A stretch of DNA of 60,023 nucleotides, counting the filler, from Circinaria calcarea (taxonomy: Eukaryota), in assembly GCA_051942165.1 (NCBI GenBank). It is 7 parts of 7 records of this genome, joined end to end, with 100 filler letters (N's around TTAATTAATTAA, not from the genome) between each part and the next. Parts side by side here need not be neighbours in the genome. Positions count along the whole stretch, not along the records: positions 1 to 8,504 come from JAVECS010001102.1; positions 8,605 to 17,101 come from JAVECS010001103.1; 5 more parts are not named here. One strand, 5' to 3'. Position 1 is the first letter of the stretch. Every line of letters starts with the position of its first letter. A program made the translations under genes and the position numbers. Of this stretch, positions 1 to 11,600 are shown piece by piece. The notes below the pieces were generated by a model. The model worked only from the letters and a program-made list of their open reading frames with translations, was not told the origin of the DNA and did no database searches.

Positions 1-112
1 GTTTAAGAGGGGGGGGGGGGGAAAAAAACTAAATGATTTTACTTACTTACATGGAATGGAAGCTATTCCAATCCATCCATCCATCTATCCATCTGGTTGA
101 TACAATAGTGAA

Positions 113-300
113 TATCCCTGAAGGTGTCTGCTTTTGGCAGACCCGAACCGTGCGTTTTTCTCTTAGATACAAAGGTTTAGGGATTGGCCAGCTACCGTAG
201 GTTGGCACGGACCACCAGAAACTGGTTCCGTCCCAAAAAAAAAAAATCCAAATCAAATCGCACGGATTCGGTGTGCCAAAAGCAAGCACCTTAAGGGATA
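113..300. repeat. Imperfect ~45-bp inverted repeat pair enclosing ~95 bp (MITE-like / fold-back element)
   Basis: 113-158 TATCCCTGAAGGTGTCTGCTTTTGGCAGACCCGAACCGTGCGTTTT is the near reverse complement of 255-300 AAATCGCACGGATTCGGTGTGCCAAAAGCAAGCACCTTAAGGGATA. Confidence 0.7.
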
Positions 301-385
301 CAGTATGATACAAATAAAAAAAAGGGCCACGGGTTTCCCACCGGCTTCGTCACCTTCCAACCTACCCCTGCCACATTCCTCTTCT

Positions 386-2008
386 TCACGAATCCCAAAT
401 CGGTCCGTACGCCAGCACGCCCCTCGCCTCGAGCTCATAGACCAACCTCCTGGTCATGGACGGATTACTCACCACCACCACCGCCTCGGCTTCAAACGCC
501 TGCACCGTCTCCCACACCACGGGCAGCATTTCGCACCGGCCTGCCCGATCGCTATCGATAACGCGGGCGTCCGGGTCGAGCAGCGCGACCGCATCCAGGA
601 TGCCCTGACCGTAAGTTCTGAGTGGCGAGCGTGTTTGCCAGAGGATGCGGGTGGGAGGCCGGTCCGGCTCGGCGAGCAAGGAGAGACAGGGCCCGATGCC
701 GGAGCCGGTGGTGACGACGACGAGGCGGCGGAAGCGCGACATGGCGGTGCCGTAGCCGGAAACCGGGACGCTGCGTTTCCAGATGCGGGTCGGGGGTTGG
801 AGGATGCAGTTTCCGGTCCAGTCGCCAGCTTTGGAGACGAGGCAGGAGAAAGTCTTCGGGGCGGAGAGTTCTTTGGATTGGGAATGTCCTGGAGGTAGAT
901 CGGGGAAGACGGCGAAGCTGTGCCAGTCCCGGAAAGGGTGGTTGGATATGCTGATGCCTTGACCGACTTTGATGCTGGTGTAATCAAAATGGAGCCTCAT
1001 GGCGTGAGGGGAGATGTATTCGGGAGTAACTTTGACGCGGCGAAGATGGAGCCAGGGATGGACAATGGCCATGGTAATGATGATGACCATCCAAAAGGCA
1101 GGGAGGTGGCTAAGGCAATAACCGAGGGAATTTTGAACCTTGGTGTCATTCGCGAGCACAATGAGCAAAGCCCAGAAGAGCGGAATCACCATCCAGACCG
1201 AGAAGCGGTGAGTGAATTCAAAGAGGTCATGATGTCTGAAACGTAGTCGTGGGTATGCCGCGACGAGGATCAGGAGTAGGAGGATCAAGATGATGTATGC
1301 TAGCACCAAGCTCGGAGGTATTCTGAGAGGTCGTAATTGTTTGACATCCCGCGTTGCTATTGCGACGAATCCAATATACCACACGACCGCGGCAACCCCG
1401 CAACCGCTGTGGACACCTCCATAGTGATAGGTCTTTGCGGCTAGACGACGGATCCACAGCGGCGAAGACCTCGGTATCAAGCTGACGCCGAAGAAGATGG
1501 TGTTGAGCACGAGAGGGTGCCTGGCGAGGCCGGTGATCAAAATGTTCGCCGTAGCGGCATTGACGAATGCTGTCTGGTACCTGGGGTTTCTGGATAGGAT
1601 GACAGCAAACGCAATCGCATTCAAAATGAATATGATTGAGAATAGCCGGTGGTACACAGTGAAGACGGCGAAGCGAAGCTGAGTATACCTTGGTGAACTG
1701 ATTTCCGGGATTGATTTTGGAATGGTCTGGTTTTCGGGGGACGTACATGTCTCACAGCTTTTTGTCGACTGTCCGAACTTGCTCCTTGTGTCTTCAGTCA
1801 TCTCAAATCTCAACATCTTGGGTCTGGTGGGAGCGTCTGGACATGCTGGTACTGATAAGAAGACAGATGCTCCGTTAGTTCCTCTCCGCCGTTCAGAGTA
1901 GTTTCTCTTCCCATAGTAAAGCTCGTCATAGATTCGTATATCATCCTGAGGGTGTATGGAATCAGCATCGGAGGCTTGCCGTGACGATTCTAGGACGCCA
2001 AAGTCCAT
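386..2008 (-). CDS. tmpA: TmpA-like integral membrane flavoprotein (ferric-reductase-like TM domain plus FAD/NAD(P)-binding domain)
   Basis: Intronless 540-aa ORF with several TM helices; motifs HYGGVHSGCG, HDLFEFTHRF, WHSFA, AGDWT, TTGSGIGP and the C-terminal YGPIWDS typical of TmpA/TmpL-family proteins. Confidence 0.8.
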   Translation of the reverse strand: MDFGVLESSRQASDADSIHPQDDIRIYDELYYGKRNYSERRRGTNGASVFLSVPACPDAPTRPKMLRFEMTEDTRSKFGQSTKSCETCTSPENQTIPKSIPEISSPRYTQLRFAVFTVYHRLFSIIFILNAIAFAVILSRNPRYQTAFVNAATANILITGLARHPLVLNTIFFGVSLIPRSSPLWIRRLAAKTYHYGGVHSGCGVAAVVWYIGFVAIATRDVKQLRPLRIPPSLVLAYIILILLLLILVAAYPRLRFRHHDLFEFTHRFSVWMVIPLFWALLIVLANDTKVQNSLGYCLSHLPAFWMVIIITMAIVHPWLHLRRVKVTPEYISPHAMRLHFDYTSIKVGQGISISNHPFRDWHSFAVFPDLPPGHSQSKELSAPKTFSCLVSKAGDWTGNCILQPPTRIWKRSVPVSGYGTAMSRFRRLVVVTTGSGIGPCLSLLAEPDRPPTRILWQTRSPLRTYGQGILDAVALLDPDARVIDSDRAGRCEMLPVVWETVQAFEAEAVVVVSNPSMTRRLVYELEARGVLAYGPIWDS

Positions 2009-3114
2009 TGCATGGATATCCTCCTCCCGATTAAATATTGTGTAACATTTCCAGACGGAACCAAGCTATTGCATAAGCCTTATAAACCCAAAACAGCAGA
2101 TCATCAAGTCCCATGCCAAAGTGACCAACGAGAAGATGAGCAGGGAATCACCTGCTCCTACCCGGGCGTAGTTAAAGCACGGTCTGCTTCGCCACCCAGA
2201 GTAGATGGCCAGACGCTGGAGAAGTTCGGTGAGCGTTTGCCTGTTGGGTCAGCGGAATTCTTCAGTCCTAAGGTAGTAAGCTCCGCCATCGAGGGAAAGC
2301 AATGGGCATTGGTTCTTCACTCAGAGAGACTATTAGGCAATATCTCCATAGAGGAAATCAGTGTTCCCCCATCACCTTAGAGGATCATACTAGCGCGTGT
2401 TGGAGAACAGGTATAGCGGTCCATCTCAACCACGATCTCAATTTTGTCCTACCAACCATTCATTCTCGTGGGTGTTGGTACGCTATTTTGAGAGTAGATT
2501 ACACCAGGTGGGCGCCTCCTCCTTGAGCCACTTTGATATGGCTATGCCACGAGGATCCAGGTGCCCATGGGAGGGTGGTCAGATCATCCCTTGAGCGTTT
2601 TCCGTTGTAGCCTAATATCAGCCGATGCATGGAACGGGAAGAAGAGATGTGAGCTTCATCGCTGAGAACTGCCCGTTTTTCTCTAGCAGAACGGGAATCC
2701 TGGGTGGGCAGTAGTACGGAGAAGTAAGCACGTTCCGAAACGGGCTGAACGCCTCCAACCACAAGGACCACTAACATGGCATTTATGAAAGCTGAATCAT
2801 ACGATTGGTGATATCTGTATCACAGCCTGGTTTGCAATGGCGATCTGTATCAAGACAAAGGGGCTTATCACGGGCCCGAGAATCTCCTGCTCTGCTCCGA
2901 GAAGGCTGAAAACATAGGTAAGTGAAATGGCAGCAGGGGCGATGCTAGACATAAAGGAACGAATAAAGGGATAGAAGACCCCTATCTATATAGTAAATAT
3001 ATCTTTACCGTTCGTATGAGCACTTCTTATGCCCATAGCGATGTTCTGTGTTCCCACCGGCCAACTTTACGTGACTCTGCTTTTTCCTACCAGGGGGCTA
3101 CTGCTCGCTAGAAT

Positions 3115-4965
3115 ATGGACTTGGTCACCTACGTCTTCAACCCACCTGTTACTTCCGCTGCTTACAATGAGAAAATCCCTCTCTACATTGAAGCCAAGGA
3201 ACCATACCGCAGCTTGAGCGCCTTTCAAACCAAAACATTCATTAAGAAGCTCATCGCGGGTTTGAAAGCCGCAGGGTTACAGGGAGGCGACTGCGTGTTG
3301 GTTCACTTATTCAACAGCGTAAAGACAACCCCCCCCCCCCCTTTAGAACATTTACAAGTTTTCAAGGTGTTAATCCAAGCTTAGTACTTATATCCCGCGG
3401 TTTACTTTGGCATCATCGGAGCAGGAGGCGTTTTCAATGGGTCCAACCCTGCATTACAAGTCTTTGAGCTGCAACAGCTGTTTAAGCTAATTCAGCCAAA
3501 ACTCATCATAACGTCTCAAGACCTTCTATCGAACATCTTCAAAGTAGTCCATGGAAGCAAGCTCTCATCGGTTCAGATATACTCACTTGATGCCAACTCT
3601 TTCTCCTTCCCCGTTTCTATTCATCCGCCCACACCGCCAAGGTCGACCGACGGGGTCTTTAGTGGCAATGACGGCCCTACACAGGACAGCTATCAATTTT
3701 TTGAAGACCTTCTGATGTATGGAGAGGAAGATTGGGTTGAAATCGCAGACGAGCAGACAGCAAAGTCAACCACGGCAGCCTTGTTTGCTACTAGTGGAAC
3801 GAGCGGTCTCCCTAAAGTTGCCGCCTTGTCTCACACCGCTTTAGTAGCGTGGTTAGAGGCAGGTCGGAGCAGGACCCAAAAACCCTATGAAGTGAGTCTG
3901 AAACAGTGGAATTGAGGCTTTAATCTGCTTTGACAGTGTTCTTCTTTGCACTCACTAACCTGCAAGACAAGGTCACCAGATTGATTCCTATCCCACTGTT
4001 CCACTGCTTTGGGGCTCTATTCGGGTGTGCCTTTCCAATCCTAAATGCAGAGCCTACCTATATTCTTCCCAGGTTCAGTCTCGATGATTTCGTCAATACC
4101 ATACACCGCTTTGGCATCACGGAAACGGTAGTAGCACCCCCGATCCTGCTTTCTCTCAACCGCTCTCAATTACCACTGCAAGGTCTCCTAGCATCACTGC
4201 GTTATATAGTTTGCGGCGGTACGCCGATGGATGTCGTTTCCCAGCAGCAGTGCTACAATTATCTTTCTCCCGAAGCAAATATATCCCAGATTTGGGGCTT
4301 GACCGAGGCAGGCGTATTCACCATATTCCAGTGGAACGAGAAAGATTTCACAGGAAGTGTGGGGAGGCTGCTGCCCCATAGGGAGCTCAAGCTCGTTGGC
4401 CCGGATGGTAAGGTAATCACTTGTGATTCTCAGCCTGGCGAAGCCTACGTACGTTCTTCTCAACAGATGATCTGCTACCACAACGATGTAGCTGCGACAG
4501 CCTCGGTCCTCGATGAAGAAGGCTGGTTTCGTACCGGCGACATCTTATCAGTAAAAGACGGTAAATATACTGTGCACGGTCGATCAAAGGAACTCATCAA
4601 AGTCAGAGGGTCAGTGTCGTTTCCCCCGTTGTTCTACCGTCTATACAACTGACACTCCCCTTAGTTGGCAAGTCACCCCTTCCGAGCTCGAAGCGGTATT
4701 GATCCAACACCCCGGGATCGCAGACGTAGCCGTCGTCGGTAGTCTCCTTGCGGACGGCATGAGCGAGGTTCCGCGAGCATACATCGTACGATCAAAGGAA
4801 CCGGGCTGCAAAATCTTGGAGGCACATGATGTGTACCGATATAGCCGGGACTTGCTGGCAAGCTACAAGGCGCTCGATGGCGGGGTCTGTTTTGTCGAAG
4901 CCATTCCACGGACGGCGAGCGGCAAGATCCAGCGAGGGAAGTTGAGTGGTTTGGTTGGGATTTGA
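3115..4965 (+). CDS. 4-coumarate:CoA ligase-like adenylate-forming enzyme (AfeA-like), 4 exons
   Basis: Approximate exons 3115-3318, 3385-3891, 3972-4609, 4665-4965 with GT-AG introns. ANL motifs TSGTSGLPK, PLFHCFG, QIWGLTE, WFRTGD, GRSKELIKVRG(W)QV and PRTASGKI. No PTS1 at the C-terminus (ends LVGI). Confidence 0.85.
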
Positions 4966-5492
4966 TCCTGCTGGTCGTTACAATACCTGTTCGTATGACG
5001 AACTGCTCCGTGTCCGCACGCGTGTAGTCTATGGGAACACAAATCTAATGCAACTCGAACGTGATAACCCTGTTTTTACTTTCCCGCAGGCCTTGAGACC
5101 TTTGATACTCAACCATCTCTGAGAATGAGACAGTTTTCACCTACTATCTAGGGAAATATATCTCCCTCTCCATCTCCTTTGAAAGCCCAAGGTTCTTTTG
5201 CGGGTGGGGACGCGTGGGCACGCAGAGTAGATGTCCTGCTCAAGACGTTGAAACCAGCAGTCAAATCCTTGATACCAATCTTACATGCTCCTAACCTCGA
5301 CCAAACAGAATAGCGCGTTTAATAGCGTTGCTTAAGAGAACCAATCAGATGTCTGTAGTGACATCTCAGCACTTTACGCCTAAAGCAAAACTTCATGTAA
5401 TTAAGACTTACCGTCAAATAATCTCTAACCAGTATCTTGCTATTCCGGCGTTAGAATAACATGATTGCTTTGCGTTCCTCCTTGTAAATTAT

Positions 5493-6735
5493 ATGCACCG
5501 CACTAGCCTACAGCACTTGCTGCGACTTCAGTGGCGGCAAGTTTCCTGCAGTTGCAATTTCCGCTTCCATCACCTGCCAACCGGTACCGGCACCTCGATG
5601 ATGTCTATCAGTTCTCTTCAAAATGGAAAGTTAACCCCCGGCAATGATACCAAAATCCCCGATATTACAACGTATACGAAGCCCTCTCTCACCCTCGCCG
5701 AAAGCGAAGATGATATTGAGACCAGAAGGAGATACCGGCCTTTTCTTCTGGACAGACTAGATGTTGAGACGGTAAGCAAAGACTGGGTAAGCGAGCTAGA
5801 GTTGGATACGGCAATGGAGATGTCTGCGCGGGATTTGGAGAGGACCGGTGAGAGATTGAAGGTGCTGGTGCTTTTTGGGAGTTTGAGGCGGAGGTAGGAG
5901 GTGTTCTTTCTACGTCTGCATGCTTGCTGCAACGGCAGGCGGAGATTGCGTGCTAATAACGTGAGACGGGTAGGTCGTATTCTCGATTATTGGCCCTGGA
6001 AGCCTCTCGGATCCTTTTCAGACTCGGTTGCGATGTGCGGGTTTATGACCCCTCGGGTTTGCCGGTCAAGGATGATGTCCAAGCCTCGCATGAGAAGGTG
6101 CAGGAGCTGAGGGAACTCAGTAGGTGGAGTGACGGCCATGTATGGGTGTCCCCTGAGCAGCACGGCAATCTGGTAACATGGCAATCTCTCCGTTTCCTTC
6201 CTACTCTTCGCTCTAGCGGCTCTGGGGAATCTGGCTCTAATATGCCTGTTACCTACAGACGGCAGTATTTAAGAACCAAATCGACTGGATCCCCCTCGCC
6301 ACAGGCAGTGTACGGCCCACTCAAGGCCGCACCCTTGCAATAGCGCAGGTGTCGGGTGGATCTCAGTCTTTCAATACTGTCAACTCCCTGCGTGTCTTGG
6401 GCCGCTGGATGCGCATGTTTGTAATACCGAACCAGTCTTCAATCCCAATGGCTTATACACAATTCACGGATGAAGGTGGAGATGATGGTAGTAGACTGAA
6501 GGCGAGCTCAAATCGAGATCGTCTAGTGGATTGCATGGAGGAATTTGTCAAATACACAATCGTGATGCGGCCACATTTTCGACTGTTCGAGGACCGCTTC
6601 AGTGAGAGGCAAGAAAAGCGGGTCAAAGAGAAGCTTGCAGCAAACTCTGTAGTTCCAGATGGGGGAATTAGTAAGAGTGCTGGGGTTACTGAATCGAAGG
6701 GTACGACAAACGGTGTGAATTTGAGGAAGATTTGA
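5493..6735 (+). CDS. arsH: ArsH NADPH-dependent FMN reductase (organoarsenical oxidase family), 3 exons
   Basis: Introns at about 5894-5972 and 6173-6259 give [13 protein letters not shown]...[21 protein letters not shown]...[36 protein letters not shown], the ArsH signature. The start could instead be a downstream Met near 5598. Confidence 0.9.
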
Positions 6736-7074
6736 TGATTTCAGAGTTCTTTGATTTAGAGCCGTTGGGAAATCTAAGAAATCTGCTATTAAGATTTTTA
6801 GATAACGACATTACCAAAATCAGTATACACGATGTATCTTAGAGAAGTGCCCTAGATACTCACTTCCGAGAATACCTTTGCAAGATCTACACAACAAATA
6901 ATAGCAACAACATGTCTTCCACATTCGCCCGTGTTCGGAAGATTATCGCTATAACCGTCCTGCTACCATGCCAGCCCACAGATATACTAAAGATCCCAGA
7001 GAGAGCTCGGTAACGCCAATGGCTGTATTGTTGAGGACTTAGGATAGATAGTCATTGTACTGGCAGGTGCAAAT

Positions 7075-7836
7075 TTAGTGATCCATAATACTGAAAAGGG
7101 TCGTGTTATCCACTCTGCAATCCGCCTCTGCAGAACAACCCAGCTCGGCCGTCACTTCCTCTATGGTCTTGGCACACCCCATGCCGGTTAGAATAGTAGC
7201 GGCGAGGACGCATGAAGTGGTGTTATCAACTTGTGGTAGAGATGGTCGGTTAACCGCTGAAGTTGGATCAAGCTCATCTGGCAACGCCACGATATCTTCG
7301 GTTATGTCGTACATTTGATTTGGTCTAGCATTCTCGTAACTCTCGATCTGGGAGGGAGATGGTTGTCCATCACTCGAGGTGATGCTGCTCATCCCAATAG
7401 GAAGGGTGACAGTCGGTAGAGCAGGCTGCGGCCTGGGCTCTTGCTGCAGTGCTGTTACTGTAGACGATGTCTGCCCCTCGAAACTAGCTTGCACGCGCGT
7501 GGATCTTTCCAATGACTTCTCCGAAGCACTGACGGGACTCTCTGCTCTCAAGGTTTCCAGCGTGCCACCAGAGGCTGGCCCACCACGCCGTGCACCCTCG
7601 GAACCGTTTCGGAGATGTTCACTGATCTCAACATCTGTCACGCCATGACGCCTTAAAAGGGATCTCAGCAATAGATTTTCCTCGACTACCTTTCTCGCTG
7701 CTGCTTGAATTTCGGTAGAAGCTGTTACGCCGGCACGTTCGAAATCCTGCAATCGCTGCTTAGCGGCTTGCAGATACTCTTTACGGCGAGCACGGGAGCG
7801 TCGCTGGTTATCACGGATTCGATTGGGATCGGGCAT
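7075..7836 (-). CDS. bZIP-type transcription factor with Cys-containing C-terminal domain
   Basis: N-terminal basic region RIRDNQRRSRARRKEY followed by coiled coil (VVEENLLLRSLL); C-terminus TSCVLAA...GC...LGC...DCRVDN. Confidence 0.75.
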   Translation of the reverse strand: MPDPNRIRDNQRRSRARRKEYLQAAKQRLQDFERAGVTASTEIQAAARKVVEENLLLRSLLRRHGVTDVEISEHLRNGSEGARRGGPASGGTLETLRAESPVSASEKSLERSTRVQASFEGQTSSTVTALQQEPRPQPALPTVTLPIGMSSITSSDGQPSPSQIESYENARPNQMYDITEDIVALPDELDPTSAVNRPSLPQVDNTTSCVLAATILTGMGCAKTIEEVTAELGCSAEADCRVDNTTLFSIMDH

Positions 7837-8504
7837 TAGTTGAATGTAGTGTACTATGGTTTCAATTTTATAAGAAATAAATCGTGAAAGTTTGGAGTGG
7901 AGCTATTTCATTGGTAAAAATATCGTGGAACTTTTCCGCGTCCGTTCCGCTTATCCTGCCCCGCGGGTGACAGAATAGCTGGCACTACATTTGTGATGAC
8001 CTTCAAGGGCTAGAGGCCACAAGGGCCTACTACCAGGGACTCGACTTAGGCCAAACAATATGGTACTGGGATCTTAGCTCGTAGAATAAAGCGAGACGTT
8101 GAATATAGAGAAGTAAGTTCAAAAAACTCAATCTATTGGTAGTAAGAACGGATCACCCCTCATACACTGATTGTTGTCAATTGCAACGGCTTTGCACACC
8201 GGCCTCGAAATAAAGCGGTCAGTAAACTTGGCGCTCTCATCTGACACGCAAGATTCTGGCTTACGGAGGTAACTCCGCCTTTACTTGAGATCAGCAGCTG
8301 GTACTAATAATATACTTTGGTAGCAAGACTAATGCTATAATGAATCTACATACTGCAACCTCGGGGGAATCCCCCCGATCTCGATAAAAAGCCGTTTCTT
8401 CTACCCTCGAACCGTGTCTCAAGATCTTCAATGTCTCCCACCAGATTCCCCGGAGTCTTTGCTCATCCCGACCCGCGGGTGACCCTCCTCCCTCACCTCC
8501 TCCC

Positions 8505-8604
8505 NNNNNNNNNNNNNNNNNNNNNNNNNNNNNNNNNNNNNNNNNNNNTTAATTAATTAANNNNNNNNNNNNNNNNNNNNNNNNNNNNNNNNNNNNNNNN
8601 NNNN
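8505..8604. other. Artificial contig spacer
   Basis: N44-TTAATTAATTAA-N44; stops in all six frames. Confidence 0.98.
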
Positions 8605-8622
8605 AGCATGGCAAATCCTCAT

Positions 8623-11600
8623 TCAATCTCCACCCCTTATCCTCTTCCCACTATTACCGTCCGATCCAGTGTCTTGCTCTCCGTCCCGTACGCGCTTATT
8701 CCCTTGCGGTACGAATTGTCTGGCGGTAGCGCTCAAGGGTGGTCCGTTTGGACTTCCTTGCGGCTGTTGAGGTGCGTGTGTTGAAACGCTCAAGCCGGCC
8801 CGTCCGGATCCTCGTCCTCTTCCTCTGCCTATGTTAGAGCCACCTCGAGAGACTTGGTGACTTGGGGGTCCGCCCACGCCCTGGAACTGACTGGGGTTGA
8901 ACTGACCAGAGCCAGCTCGACCTCCGCTGGGCAAAGGCAGGCTCGATTGGAGACTCTTAATTGCAGCTGGGCCGGTGCCGACGCTATTGCGTTGATTGCC
9001 CTGACCTGATAGGGGCCTATTTGGAAGCCTTGATGGCTGCTGCTCACCATTGGCAGTTGTGGCTTGTTGGGTTAATGATGTAAATGGGGCTGTAGAAGAA
9101 GACGGCGGCGATTGTGTTGGCAAACTTCCTACACTCAAGGGTGCTAACTGACTAGGCTCCTTCGGTGCAGAAGGAGGCTGCATTTGCCCTTCAGCAGGAG
9201 TAGGTTGTCCAAAGGTTCCAAGTGGTGCTGTTTGCACCTGGGTCGGTCCTGTCGGTGTCACTTTGCTGAAGGGGTTGCTTTGGGCTGAAGGCTGCTGTGG
9301 TGTCCCTGAAGCTGGTTTAATATTCTTGGCAATTTCCCAAACCTCAGCAACGGGCTTCTGTGGTGTTTCCGTTGCAGCATTTGCGACATAATCAAGTTTC
9401 GCTTGTACCTGCCTAGCACGGTTCTCCGCCATATTAATCTTCACGCCGAATCTCTTTCCTTCCATGAGCACGGCTTGCTCCCTTAGGCTTTTGGCTCTGC
9501 CATCAGCTTCAGCTAGCGAGTCGATGAGAATTTTATGTTGTTCTTCTTTAACCTGGGCTATAATTACTTCTCGTTCCTTTTGTATTCGGGTTTTGACATT
9601 GGTCGTCACAATGGCTTTTGCAGTTTCGTTCTTTGCAATGAAATCCTTGACTTCGATATCGGACGGTTCCCAGCTCTTATGTGGCGCCTGACTCTGCAAC
9701 TCATTCTTGACGCTGGTATCGCCATTCGTATCTCCAGGAGAACGCTCGGCACTATAGGCTTGCTTGAATTCCTCAAATCTGTTGTTTTCATTCCGTCTCA
9801 ACTCATTCAGCTCCTCCTGATGGCGAGTCTTCAAGGCTTGGAGTTGCTCTTCGTGTTGGGATTTGAGGAGATTGAGCTCTTGTTCGTGACCAACGGCCAT
9901 AGCTTGGCGGATCTCTTCCTTTCCGTCCTTTAACTTGGCAGTCAACTGTACTCTCATCTTATCAGTCCGTCTCTTATACTGGTCCTCGGCTTGACGGATA
10001 CGGTCGTCATGTCGAGCGTTGAGCTCCTCTCGGATTGCCTCAACTTGCCCAGCGATCTGCTCAGAGATGTCAGTGGTGCCATCTTGCGTCTGAACATTTG
10101 CCACAGATTCATCAACAGCGATTGCAGATCGAAGTGCATCGAGATCCCGATTTGCCTGCGCTAGGTCCTGACGGAGGCTTTCGAGCTGTGTATCCTGGTC
10201 CACGTCTCCGGATGCGATTGGTTGCGGTGTTATTTGTTGCTGTGATTGCTGGGCTTGAAGCTCAACTATTCGGGCGTTCGCAGTTTCGAGGTCTTGTTGC
10301 ATAGTTGCCTAGAATTGAAGTCAGTAAACATCCACAGTTCGTCTATAAACGGGCTTACAAGTTGATGTTCTAGCTCAGAAAGTCTTGTCTGTGAGAGCAA
10401 TACTTCGCTCTGGAGTCGGGCCGACCTTGCCACCTCTTCATCAGTTCTGGTTTGAGCAGCGTGTAATTGCTCTTGCAGATTTGATATTTCAACTTCATTT
10501 GGACGGGTATTTTCGTCTTCGTTGACCTGACCATCCTCGCTACCAGATGAAATCCGACCTTTCGAAATCTCAGCTTGGGCAGCTTCTTGAGTAGCTACGG
10601 CCTGATCTTTCTCAACTGTCGCCGCCTCCAAACTCTGCTGCAGAGTCGCAAGCTGCGTCTGCAACTCTTCTTTTTCAAATTTAGCCGCCTCCAGACTCTG
10701 CCGTAGAGCCATAAGCTGCGTCTGCAACTCCTCTTTTTCTTGAGACACGGCGTCTACAGCGGTCTTCAAGGCAGAATCCCTCTCCCGTATCTTAGCTGTC
10801 AATTCTCGTGACCTCGTCTTGGATTGGTCAACCAGCTTTTGTCTGTTTTCTTGCCATCTTTCATTTGCTTGATCCAGGGCTTGCTTGATCTGATCTGGGA
10901 TAGCATCGACCTGTTCCTGCAATGCCTGCCTCGCAGCAAGCAGATCCTCTCGCTCAGTTTGAAGACCTGCATTCTGTTCCTTTAACGACTCAAACTCAAC
11001 AGGATCGATACTATCAGATTTGTTGAGGATGTCATGGTATCGCTGTTCGAACCGTTCCCTGGCCTCCCGTGTCATTCGCAGGTCCTCTTCTTGGGCTTCC
11101 TTTGTATCTTCAAGTTCCTGTACCTTCACATGCAACAGTCGAATCTGCTCGCTAAGCTCTTCGACTAATTTTGCTTTTTCGGTCAAAGAGGCTTGCGCTT
11201 GGTTCTTTTCAAGGCGTAAGGTAACGTTGCTTTCCCGGTTAAGGTTCAGCTCGTTGATAGTCTCAATGAGCTTGTTGTGGTTGAGAGCATTGCGTTCGTT
11301 GTTCTCCTCTGCGCGGCGCTGTTGGTTAAGCTTCAGGCGAGCCTCATCTAGTTGGGATTGGGTGTAGTCTAGCTGTTGTTTGAGTCTCTTAGCTTCCTGA
11401 GAAGAGAGCTCCAATTGCACATCGACAATTTCCTTCTCGCGTCTCAAGTACTTGATGAGTTCTTGTAAGTTATCCAGCCCCGTGGATGATGGCCTACCAG
11501 TAGTCTCCACTTCTACCTCTTCCGATATACGCCTTTGTTGAAGATCATTGATCTGGCTGTTTACGTTTTCAAGCTGCTTGTGGAGCAACTTATTTTGGCT

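Noticed and set aside
305..1246. Long ORFs antisense to or overlapping the tmpA-like gene (similar shadows at 18676-19197 and 53574-54437)
   Set aside because: Shadow frames of real genes with no recognisable motifs.
2009..3114. BrlA/AbaA-like short motifs in the tmpA/afeA intergenic region
   Set aside because: 6-7-bp degenerate matches are expected by chance in 1.1 kb.
8549..8560. TTAATTAATTAA recurring about every 8.6 kb as a biological repeat or CRISPR-like array
   Set aside because: Always centred in N-runs; it is a six-frame-stop linker. No CRISPR repeat-spacer structure was seen anywhere.
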